The position numbers and the translations under genes are program-made. The notes under the pieces were generated by a model. That model was not told the origin of the DNA. It did not search any database and saw nothing but the letters and a program-made list of their open reading frames with translations. Below are positions 50,863-62,958 of a stretch of DNA of 64,000 nucleotides, piece by piece. The stretch lies in NCBI RefSeq assembly GCF_009914755.1, contig NC_060931.1; one strand, 5' to 3'. Source of the DNA: the human T2T-CHM13v2.0 reference genome, Homo sapiens. Within the stretch, counting starts at the first letter, position 1. Each line of letters starts with the position of its first letter.

Positions 50863-53124
50863 CCCACCATTACCACCACCAACACTACAATCATCACCAT
50901 CACCACCACAACCACCACCATCATTTCTAGGATCAGCACCACCACCACCATCACCACCATCATAACCATTACCATCACTACCATCATCATCACCACCACC
51001 ACCATCACCGCTACCACCACCACCATCATCACCACCACCACCACCACCACCATCACCACCACCATCACCACCACCACCATCACTACCACCACCACCACCA
51101 CCCCCATCACTACCATCATCATCACCACCACCACCATCACCACCATCACCACCACCACCACCACCACCATCACCACCACCACCATCACTACCACCACCAC
51201 CACCCCCATCACTACCATCATCATCACCACCACCACCATCACCACCATCACCACCACCACCACCACCACCATCACCACCACCACCATCACTACCACCACC
51301 ACCACCCCCATCACTACCATCATCATCACCACCACCACCATCACCACCATCACCACCACCACCATCATCACCACCACCATCACCACCACCACCATCACCA
51401 CCACCACCACCACCACCACCACCATCACCACCACCACCACCACCACCACCACCACCACCACCACCATCACCACCACCACCACCACCACCACCATCACCAC
51501 CACCACCACCACCACCACCACCAGCATCACCACCATCACCACCACCACCACCACCACCACCACCACCACCAGCATCACCACCACCACCACCACCACCACC
51601 ACCACCACCATCACCACCAGCATCACCACCATCACCACCACCATCACCACCACCACCACCACCACCACCACCACCACCACCACCAGCATCACCACCATCA
51701 CCACCACCACCACCACCACCACCACCACCACCACCACCATCACCACCAGCATCACCACCATCACCACCACCATCACCACCACCACCACCACCACCACCAC
51801 CACCACCACCAGCATCACCACCATCACCACCACCACCACCACCACCACCATCACCACCAGCATCACCACCATCACCACCACCATCACCACCACCACCACC
51901 ACCACCACCACCACCACCACCACCAGCATCACCACCACCACCACCACCACCATCACCACCACCATCACCACCACCACCATCACTACCACCACCACCACCA
52001 CCCCCATCACTACCATCATCATCACCACCACCACCATCACCACCATCACCACCACCACCACCACCACCATCACCACCACCACCATCACTACCACCACCAC
52101 CACCCCCATCACTACCATCATCATCACCACCACCACCATCACCACCATCACCACCACCACCACCACCACCATCACCACCACCACCATCACTACCACCACC
52201 ACCACCCCCATCACTACCATCATCATCACCACCACCACCATCACCACCATCACCACCACCACCATCATCACCACCACCATCACCACCACCACCATCACCA
52301 CCACCACCACCACCACCACCACCATCACCACCACCACCACCACCACCACCACCACCACCACCACCATCACCACCACCACCACCACCACCACCATCACCAC
52401 CACCACCACCACCACCACCACCAGCATCACCACCATCACCACCACCACCACCACCACCACCACCACCACCAGCATCACCACCACCACCACCACCACCACC
52501 ACCACCACCATCACCACCAGCATCACCACCATCACCACCACCATCACCACCACCACCACCACCACCACCACCACCACCACCAGCATCACCACCATCACCA
52601 CCACCACCACCACCACCACCACCACCACCACCATCACCACCAGCATCACCACCATCACCACCACCATCACCACCACCACCACCACCACCACCACCACCAC
52701 CACCAGCATCACCACCATCACCACCACCACCACCACCACCACCACCACCACCACCATCACCACCAGCATCACCACCATCACCACCACCATCACCACCACC
52801 ACCACCACCACCATCACCACCACCACCATCACCACCACGACCACCACCAGCACCACCACCATCACCACCATCACCACCACCACCACCATCACTACCACCA
52901 CCACCACCACCACCACCACCAGCACCACCACCATCACCACCACCACCATCACCACCACCACCACCACCACCCCCACTACCACCATGATCACATCATCACC
53001 ACCACCACCATCACCACTACCACCACCATCCCCATCACCACCACCACCACCATAATCATCATCACCATCACCATCACTACCACTACCCCACTACCACCCC
53101 ACTACCACTGCCACTACCACCATC
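50863..53124. repeat. Giant interrupted (CAC)n/(GTG)n trinucleotide array, ~2.26 kb, with higher-order structure
   Basis: Directly visible: CAC with CAT, CAG, TAC and CCC variant triplets; degenerate edges and purer centre. Confidence 0.99.
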
Positions 53125-53129
53125 TCCAT

Positions 53130-53375
53130 TAAAAACAGCAGCAAGAAACTCTTATTGGGCTTACTTGCCAAGTGCTATTGTAAATGCTTTACATGTAATT
53201 TACTCAGGTAATTGTCAAAAAAACTCTATGATATATTCAAATATCACTAGCTTCATTTTTCAGTATTATTAGCTTATGGTATAGATGATAAGTTTAAGGC
53301 CTAGAGATACTCAATAATTTGCCCAAGGTCATAGAGTTAATAAGTGGTGATGAAGCCTCTGTTCTGGCAACACTT
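53130..53375 (-). mobile_element. MIR
   Basis: TTATTGGGCTTACTTGCCAAGTGCTATTGTAAATGCTTTACATG...AACTCTATGA...AGGCCTAGAGA..AATTTGCCCAAGGTCATAGAG.TAATAAGTGG. Confidence 0.85.
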
Positions 53376-53569
53376 TTGGCTACATCTTTCAGGATATTTA
53401 TGTGTGTGCTTTTGTATCTGTCTGTGTGTCTGGTATGTTTTCCTATATAGGTCAGTGCATACTTTGTCATTTTGACAGTGAGGCCCATGGGGCTCTTATA
53501 AAGCCTTTTAGTCCACTGCAAACAAAAAAAGGTGGAAAATATTCAAAAGAGATCCAGCAGATAGCATAA

Positions 53570-53873
<304 letters not shown>

Positions 53874-55726
53874 GATTTGATATTTTTTAAAGCGAAGTTA
53901 TTTTTGAAAATCTGTGATAGAAATTAGAGCAATAGAGGTATAACAAAGGGAAGGAAAGTAGAATTTTGGTCATGATGTAGTTAAAGCCTTTATTAATAAG
54001 TCTATTTTGTTTAAAAGTTTATTATAATCAGCGGAGAAATGCTGTAGATTAGTCAATTATGTAATTGAGCATTCTCTGAACTTTTATTTATTCTCAACTT
54101 TGTTTTCTTCCCTGTCAATCAAAGCAGCATATAAAAGCAATCTTTGGGGTTCGAGCTGGAGGGCACTCTTATTCTGGCCAGAAACATCTTATTAAAATAG
54201 TTAAGAATGAAAACGCCTGGAACCCTAGAGTGCCTGCCCTCTATTTGATATTGGATGGGGATGGGAGAAAGGCAGGGGTGATGTCTATTTTCTTACCTTA
54301 TTTAGAACAAAAGAAAAAGAAAACTCCCTTTTTAGTGATTTCAGACATCAGTACCACAATGGATGGCTTAACTGTGAGTGAGTTTGGGACACTGTATGCA
54401 GTATGAATTTGCAGGGAGGGCAGTGACCAAACTGTCCCCCTGGCCAGCCACTGGCCTATGCAGCAGTGTGGTGGGTGGGGTATGCAGAGGGTATGGCAGC
54501 TGACTTGATAATTCCACCTCTCACTGTCAAAACCACTTCAAGCTGGCCAATGATGACATCTCTGCATAAAAAGTCACATTATTTTATATTTTAGAAAATA
54601 GGGCCTTAAAAGCTTGCTCTAGGTATATTTCTTGCCCATCACAAATAACTGTGCAATGGGGAGCTACTCTGACCTAGAAGCTAGAGCTGCCTATTAAAAT
54701 GTAAATTGTTATTTCAGAAATATGTGGGGACTTCCATGGCGGGTGTTGGGGAGAGAAGGTGTGCATGTGTATGCGTGTGTTTGTGAGAGAGTGAGACAGG
54801 TTGTGGGGCCTTCACATGTAGTGTGCATTGTAAATTATAAGCCCTCAAGCGGGGTAATTTCTTCATACCAGGTTGCGATGGCTATAGCGAAGTTCCCTGG
54901 GGGCTGCTTTCTATCTCTTTGGCTTTCTTGTCCCTGAGGAGTGGAAAGATGGCCCTTCCAAGGGATGGTGTCTGCAGGTGGGGAGTGATCGTTTCCACAC
55001 TGGACAGCTCACATAGCCAGGAGGGGTAGGGCAGCCACCTCTCGTCCGCCTCAGTGGACAGGGCCCAGAGAATGGGCAGTGTGCTGCAGCAGATGGGCTC
55101 ACGTGGGGCATGTGGAGCTGAGCAGTTGGGAGGTGGAGCAAGTCAGCAATGGTTCAGGAAACCAACTGTCCCAGCTACTGGAGTAAGTGCAGATTTCAGA
55201 AGTCAGGCCAAGCAGGGGGTCAGAAAACCAAGACTACACTTCAGCAAAAGATCTGCTAAAAGGGATGAAAATTAGCAAAGGAGATTTTTTAAAACTAGGG
55301 AGTTCATAAAGTGGAAGGTGCAAATATAAAATGGAATAGAAAAATGAGGACATTCATGTGGTTCATGAAAGAAAATGTAAACATTAAAGCAAATTCTCAC
55401 CCCATCTTCAAGGATATGTGGCCTTTGGGGCAGAAACCAGTCGTTGATGCTGTAAGTGTAGGGACAGGCAGTGGAGAGCACCTGTCTAAGCTGGGGGAGA
55501 ATGTAGGCAGGACCAGGGACAGCACAGACTGCCCTGGAGGCAATGGGCTCATGTTAGTAGAAACTGCAAAACATTTGCTGTCAGCCTGGCTTGAGGCCAA
55601 AGAGCAGGATATTTGTCTGCATGGCAGGATTTAGGACAAGTTGGAAAGGTCATTTTGTCAGTCTTGGAGTAAAACCAGGATCAAATTAAAACATGATTGT
55701 TAGGCATGATTTGATGAAAAAGGTAC

Positions 55727-56111
55727 TGTGTGGACAGAATAATGACCCTCTGTCAAGATAGCCACACCTTAATCCCTGGAACCTGTGAACATGTTATCTT
55801 ACATGGAAAAGAGGACTTTGAAGATGTGATTAAGTTAGGAGAGATTTGAAGATGCTACACTGTTGGCTTTGAATATGGAGGAAGGGGCCATGAACCAAGA
55901 AATGCAGGCAGTTTCTTGAAACTGGAAAAGGCAAGGAAACAGATTTGTCCCTAGAGCTTCCCGTGAAAGCATAGCCCAGCTGACAGCTGGATTTCAGTCC
56001 AGTGAAACCCATTTTGGACTTCTGACCTACAGAACTGTAAGATAATCGGTTTGTGTTGTAAGCCACTAAATTTGCGATTACTTGTTACAGCAGCAATAGA
56101 TAACTAACACA
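55727..56111 (+). mobile_element. Solo MLT1D-like MaLR LTR with internal deletion
   Basis: TGTG..CAGAATAATG...TAATCCCTGGAACCTGTGAA.ATGTTA...GACTTCTGACCT.CAGAACTGTAAGATAAT...GTTACAGCAGCAATAG..AACTAACACA. Perfect TSD GGTAC at 55722-55726 and 56112-56116. Confidence 0.92.
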
Positions 56112-57559
56112 GGTACCAGTTTCTTCTGAGATACTCATTTCTTCAGTTTGCTGTAGAAATTTAATCTATAAATCTTGTTATTATAATTTGGCACATGTAG
56201 CTGTATTAATAACATTCCATTTAAAGAAGGTTTTATGTTTTTCAAAGAGGTAAAGTCATGCTTCTTTCAATTTTTGTCAAAAGTCGCCTATATCAAGAGA
56301 TATTGTGTGCTCCTCAGAGGAATCCGATTGTGGCCATACCACCACCTGTTGGTAACACAGTCTTCATTTCAGGAAAATATCTAAGGAAAGCACAAAGCAC
56401 ATCAGGAGCAGTGCAACAGAAAAACACTAAAGTAAAAAGTAAAAGGAAAGGAAAAGAAATATCATACCTTGACATGAAACTGTACCTGATCGTTTGGTGG
56501 GTCATTGACGGATTTTATAAATATTGCATGAGCCTAGTACACTTTTAGAAAACAGCTTCTCTCCCTCTCGGGTGTATACAGAATACTGTATGCTGTTATT
56601 TCTGCAACATCATCTGATCCTTCTTATTTTTTCAATAATGTATGAATTATGTATCTGTTTGGTTTCAGCTTTGTCACTAAATATGAAACTCACCGCTCCC
56701 TTCCCCCAAATCAGAAAGAAAGATAAGCTCTAAAAAAAAGTTTGCAGCCAAAAAATATTGAGGGAGCTCAATGCATGGAAATATATATGCACCTTCACAA
56801 CAAATCCACACACAAATATAGATGTGCATCTTCTACCTTCTTCCTCAACCCAGAGCTGTTTTTGACCCCGTTTGGAGTTATCTGCACACAAGCTGGAGAG
56901 AGGGATGCAAACTGCTTGCCGGTTGTTGTTTCTATGGAAACTGGCAGAGACAAAAGGCCACAAAAATGAAGGAATAAGATGACATCTAAGGATTCAAAAA
57001 CAAAACAAAATGAGATTTTCTTTTCCTCTCTCCACACTGTGCTACTTTAACTTAGTGAGCGCTTTGGTTTACTGAGCCGGGAAGGTGTGGGGAGGAAAAT
57101 GAGAAGGAAAAAGAGCAAGGATTTCTCTTCTGCCCAGTCCCATTTTACCTAAGGGGTTTCTCTTTGATTTCTCATCACCTTTTCTCTCCTCCTAAAAAAG
57201 AAAAGCATCAACCCATCAGTCTGAAGGCAGCACACTCATCTCTCATTTCTCTCTGAGAAAGGAAGTGTGCTGATTTCAGCTCCCCCTGAGGAAGATCCTT
57301 CTAAACCACGGACCGACCATCTTCTGACTGTTTTTCGTCTTCACTGCAGACAGGCAGTGGCTGGGAGGCTGCTTGGGATGACCACTAAGGGCTCTGCCAA
57401 CTCTCCTGTCTAGCAATTTAGTGATTAATCATTTTAGTCATTTACTTAGAAGAAATGGGACTGAATTTCAAATGCATCTCCTTTTAACTAGAAAAAAAAA
57501 AATTATGGCAAAGCTCATGTCTTGAAAAGCCCAGAAATCTTCCCTGGCCTTTCCATTAG

Positions 57560-57988
<429 letters not shown>

Positions 57989-58084
57989 TAACTTATAAGC
58001 AAAGTGTTGAATAAAAGAGCAATAATGGATCCTTCAGTATCATTGGTTCTAACCTTCCCGATGTGGATAAGTGAATCACTAAAG

Positions 58085-58240
58085 TAGTATTTCTCAAACT
58101 GGATCATCTAAGCCATGATAGGTGGAATCCTTTGTTAAAAATGCATATTCAAAAAAATTCGTTTTCTCAGAACCCCTTCTCAGACATTCTGAGTGAGGAA
58201 TCTCTTGGGAGGGGCTGAGGAATTTGCTTATTTTGTCTTC
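58085..58240. mobile_element. MER5-like fragment
   Basis: AGTATTTCTCAAACT...TTGTTAAAAATGCATATTC...GAATCTCT.GGGAGGGGCTGAGGAATTTGC. Confidence 0.6.
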
Positions 58241-58699
58241 AAGATCCAGCTCCTCCTTCCAGCCGAGGTCTTCCTGATGACCCTCAGGGAGGCAGAAAAC
58301 TTGGGCTAGGCTCACCTGTTAGGTGGTTGCGTAGCCCTTTGGTTGATAAAGAATTTCTTTAAGGTAAATTTTAGCAAATTCTCCTCCCTTGAACAGAGAG
58401 AAGAGCAAGCTGAGTATCCACTTTCACCAGACTCTTCTCACATACGGATAACTTAATCATTCCTGTTTTTTGTTCCGTTCGAGTTTCCGCAGTCAGTGAG
58501 GTGTGAAACTCTCTGACCTATCTCATGTCGAGTCAGGCTTCAGTTTCTCTCAGCTTGATTGACTGTTCTGCCCACTGTCGGTAGGTTCTTCAAACCATGA
58601 AGTTTTTGTGATGCCTATCCTAATAGAATGCCAACTTCCTGTCATTATTTTGTTTTCCATTGCTCATGTCTAGCTGCGCCTCTTGAAAACATCCTGTAC

Positions 58700-58891
58700 C
58701 ACTGTTTCTCAAACTTTAGCTGTATGGGACTCACCCGGATGGCTCAGGAGAGAGAAAACACAGATTGCTTGGCCCACCCCCAGGGTTTCTGATTCACTAG
58801 GCCCGGGCTGAGGCCTGAGAAGGTTCATCTCTAATGAGCTCCCAAGCGATGCTCACGCTGCTGGTCCGGGGACTGCATTTAAGAACTGCTG
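58700..58891. mobile_element. MER5A (hAT-Charlie)
   Basis: TTTCTCAAACTTTAGC...ACAGATTGCTTGGCCCACCCCCAG.GTTTCTGATTCA.TAGG...GCCTGAGAA...CTCCCA..GATGCT..GCTGCTGGTCCGGGGAC...AGAAC..CTG. Confidence 0.88.
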
Positions 58892-59262
58892 CCCTAGACT
58901 TCACTCACATCTCTGGACCGTGTAGGTCTGATTCATCCCCGTACCACTCGCCCTTGCATTGCGTATGACAAAGCCATGCACAGTAAACATGTATTTATGC
59001 TGAAGCAGACAAATGAAACAGGACACCTCCATGACCTCACCCTAGTCCTGGGATTCTGATTATGAATTTCCTAGCCAGATTATGAGTTTCCAAAGCCAGA
59101 GAGGCCTGTGGGGTGGCACTCCCCATGTCTGCCTGTGGCCCATTGTCAGATTCATTTGCAACTTCAGATTATAAGGCCAGATTGGTGCTCAGACTGTTGA
59201 CCTTCCTGCAGCTGCCTAGTTCAGAATCAGGCTCTTATAGCCACAGCTGTGATGGGAGCACC

Positions 59263-59585
59263 TTTTTTTTTTTTTTTTTTTTTTTTGTGAGATGGAGTCT
59301 TGCTCTGTCTCCCAGGCTGGAGTGCAATGGTGCAATGGTTCAATGGTGCAATCTCGGCTCACTGCAAGCTCCACCCCACCGGGTTACACCATTCTCTTGC
59401 CTCAGCCTCCCGAGTAGCTGGGACTACAGGCGCCCGCCACCAAGCCTGGCTAATTTTTTATATTTTTAGTAGAGGTGGGGTTTCACTGTGTTAGCCAGGA
59501 TGGTCTCAATCTCCTGATCTCAGGATCCACCCACCTCGGCCTCCCAAAGTGCTGGGATTACAGGCGTGAGCCACCGCGCCCAGCC
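59263..59585 (-). mobile_element. Full-length AluY with a 16-bp internal tandem expansion
   Basis: Y diagnostics (TGCAAGCTCC, ACACCATTCTC, GTGTTAGCCAGGATGG) plus extra TGCAATGG units. Confidence 0.95.
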
Positions 59586-59847
59586 GGGAACTCTTTTTAA
59601 GCCTTTGTGCTCTGACTTGGTCTTAGAGAGAACTGTGGGGCTGGCTGCCCAAGCCCCTGATCTCCTGTTGCAACCCAGAGGATCCCTGATCTTGGCCTGT
59701 GATTCTCAAACCTCTTTGGGAACAAAATAAAACCACTTATTCATACTGCAGAGGAAAGGACAGCTTGGATTGTGACAGATTTTAAAATACGGAGTATATG
59801 AGATATTGGCTCCTCACTATATGCTGATCTAAAATTCTCTGGAATTA

Positions 59848-59892
59848 TTAGGTTGGTGCAAAAGTAATTGTGGTTTTTGCCATTACTTTTAA
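59848..59892. mobile_element. Half MADE1 (Hsmar1-derived mariner MITE)
   Basis: TTAGGTTGGTGCAAAAGTAATTGTGGTTTTTGCCATTACTTTTAA is one TIR plus spacer; the second arm is absent. Confidence 0.88.
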
Positions 59893-59934
59893 GGGTGACA
59901 CAGCTTAATAATGGTTGTATCAACAGCAGCAGCA

Positions 59935-60100
59935 GTTAACATGGATTATCTCATTTAATATTCTATGCTATAAGGTTTTATGAGTCCCATTTTAAAGATC
60001 AGAACAGTGAGGATTAGAGTGATTGAGTAACTGGTCCTTAGCCACAGAGTTCAAGATGTTGGTTTCAGATCTCTGACTTCAAGGCCTGAGCTCAGAACCC
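59935..60100 (-). mobile_element. MIR
   Basis: ATTATCTCATTTAAT...CCCATTTTAAAGAT.AGAACAGTGAGG.TTAGAG...TAACTGG.CC...CTCTGACTTCAAGGCCTGAGCTC. Confidence 0.75.
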
Positions 60101-60280
60101 CTGGTCCGATAGCCCTTCAGTCACTGAACTTCATCAGATGACATTTGAAGGGATCCAACTAATGTTGAGTTCTGCTTTATAATGAAAAGTTATAAGTTTC
60201 TCACACATTTTAGGCACTCTTTTTACTTTGAAATTTTTAAAAATGTAATTTTAAGACTTTTTAAAGCTGGGATTTTAGTT

Positions 60281-60380
60281 TCTCCCTCCCTCCCTCCATT
60301 CCTCCCTCCTCCCTTCCTTCCTTCCTTCCTTCCTTCCTTCCTTCCTTCCTTCCTTCCTTCCTCCCTTCCTTCTTCCCTTC
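60281..60380. repeat. (CCTT)n/(CCCT)n polypyrimidine microsatellite
   Basis: Directly visible; ~11 consecutive CCTT units. Confidence 0.95.
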
Positions 60381-61709
60381 ATCAAAAGACCTCTCAGAGG
60401 GAGGAACAAAGTATAAAACAATAAAGATGGACACAGAAGGTACAGCACCCCCCAACACACACACACCAGGCCCCTAGGAATTCAAAAATCAGTTTGAATA
60501 CTACTGGGGCTTGTAAAGATTTCAAACTTTTGGAACTCAGAACGAGCTGTCTGTTAACTGTGGCTCTGCCACCGGCTGGCTGTGGAAGCTGTGGGAGTAA
60601 ACCCTCCAGGACTTGGTGGTCTTGGTTGTAAAGTGACAGAAATGAACAGGACCACATCTCTGATGCTACCCATTATTTAATTACTAAGCATGAGTTAATA
60701 GCTAACAAGATGTAGTAAAGAAATAGGTTCTACTTTTATGAAGAGATTAAAACTAGTCATAATTAGCATGTCGCATACAAATATGTCATGAAAAAGAGCT
60801 TGGAAAGAAATTTTGTCCTAAAGCAAGTAAAAAATTACAGATATATTTCATATATATTGCTACTTTGCTTGGGATACCCCCAACTCTCACTTTTCCATTT
60901 ATATATTGAAGAGACCTTACGTTTTAACCTAACCCTAGTCAGATTGGAACAAATTCATGATCAATAGTACCAAAGTCAGCAACAGGTTAATTGTCAAAAC
61001 CCCAAAACTTACAAATAAAGTTAGAGAGGGAGTTAATAATTCTGTGATAAAATCATTTAGGCAAACAACTCGAGATTGATAATATCAACAATTTGAGATT
61101 GGTAGGAAAGATTTTTCAGAGAGTTTCTGGAAAAGTAGGGTATCTCCTTCTGCCTTGATTTTGTTTTGGTTTTGTTTGTCCTCATCGTTATAGTACTAGT
61201 CTCTTTCTTTGCCAAGCTACAGTAAAGATGGCACCGTTGTAGTGAATGATAGAGTTATCACACAGCAAGCTGTGTTGTGTGCCTCAGGGTCATGTTATCC
61301 TTGTTATGTTCAAGTATTAGGTGATTTTGTCATTCTCTTTACCCTGCAATGGGCTTGGTACAGATGGTTCGTGTTTCACAGAAAATGCAAAAGGAGATCT
61401 CATGTGAAAACGAACACTTATCTCTCGAAGAAAAAAGTTAAAGAGGTTAGTTTAACTACTAACTCAAATTATAAGTATTTACTAAAAAATGCTTACTGAT
61501 TGTTTTATACTAACTACCATTTTTAACATTAGACTGGCATTTTTAACTTTTAAACTTTAAGAGAGTTGTTAACTAAATGAGACCTGCAATTTGGGCATGC
61601 CGTCACCAGTTCTTATCTTCCACCACCTTATAAGGGACTTATAAAACCTTATAAAACTTTTGTTTTGTGGCATATGATTCAGATCTTATCTATGAAATTT
61701 ATATTTATT

Positions 61710-61993
<284 letters not shown>

Positions 61994-62562
61994 CCTCTTT
62001 ACCCAAATAGATGAATATAAAAAACAGTAAATCATGCTATAGAAAATTGGATAGAGAAATACTAAAAAATAAAGACCTAGGTGTAATTTTGGACTATTTT
62101 CAACAACTTTTACTTCAACCCTGATGTTATCACCAGACTTCCTTCTTTCCTAATTTATCTAAATGTTACCTGGAAAAATTAGCCCCTCTTAGGACAGTAC
62201 CTACCTTCAGGGCTTGACTTATAGTCAGCTTTGTGTAAGATTTGTTAGGACCTTATAAGTATCATGTGCCCTTACCTGTACTTCTTCCCTATTCTCACTC
62301 CAGCCACCTCACACATAGGCAATGGACATATGTGTACCCATACACACTCCACACACACTGCTACACAGACACACACCTCTAATTCTTTGCTTTTTTTTTT
62401 GGAGTCCTCATGATTCTCTTCCACACAGAAGGAGAGAAGAAAGAAAGAGCCACATGGATATGTATATACCAACAGTGTGTGGTACACACACAAACACATG
62501 CTAATAGGATTACATGTTTTACAATTAGAAAGCAAATTTCCATAACAAAGTAAATTACTCAT

Positions 62563-62958
62563 TGATATAATTTAGCTCTGTGCCCCTACCCAAATCTCAT
62601 GTGGAATTGTAATCCCCATATGTTGAAGGTGGGGCCTGATGGGAGGTAATTGGATTGTGGGTGTGGTGTCTAGTGGTTTAGCACCATCGCCCTAGTGCTG
62701 TCTCATGATGGAGTTCTCACAAGATCTGATGGTTTAAGTGTGGTGCCTCCCCCTTGCTCTCTCTCTCCTGCCATCATGTGAAGAAGGCCCTTGCTTCCCC
62801 TTCACCTTCTGCCATGATTGTAAGTTTCCTGAAGCTTCCCCATCATGATTCCTGGTAAGTCTGCAGAACTGTGAGTCGATGACAACTCTTTTCTTCATAA
62901 ATTATCCAGTCTCAGGTAGTTCTTGACAGCAGTGCGAGAACGAGAACAGCCTAATATA
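62563..62958 (+). mobile_element. Solo MaLR LTR, MSTA-like
   Basis: TGATATAATTTAGCTCTGTG...CAAATCTCATGT...GGTTTAGCACCATC...GCCATGATTGTAAGTTTCCTGA...CTAATATA. TSD CTCAT at 62558-62562 and 62959-62963. Confidence 0.92.

Noticed and set aside
51518-52925. Many CCACCAGC (Chi, GCTGGTGG) octamers
   Set aside because: An automatic product of CAG interruptions in a CAC repeat. Chi is a bacterial RecBCD signal with no established role here.
50856-52991. 711-aa poly-Val ORF as an annotated CDS (membrane protein), or + strand mucin/His-rich protein
   Set aside because: It is purely the translation of a trinucleotide array, with no signal peptide, domain, splice context or + strand ATG. Kept only as a hypothesis under findings.
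50863-53124. Array as a CRISPR-like repeat-spacer system or telomeric/centromeric satellite
   Set aside because: No unique spacers or cas genes, no TTAGGG and no alpha-satellite monomer; all variation is triplet substitution.
59848-59892. miR-548-family microRNA gene
   Set aside because: miR-548 hairpins need both MADE1 arms; only one is present, so no pre-miRNA can form locally.
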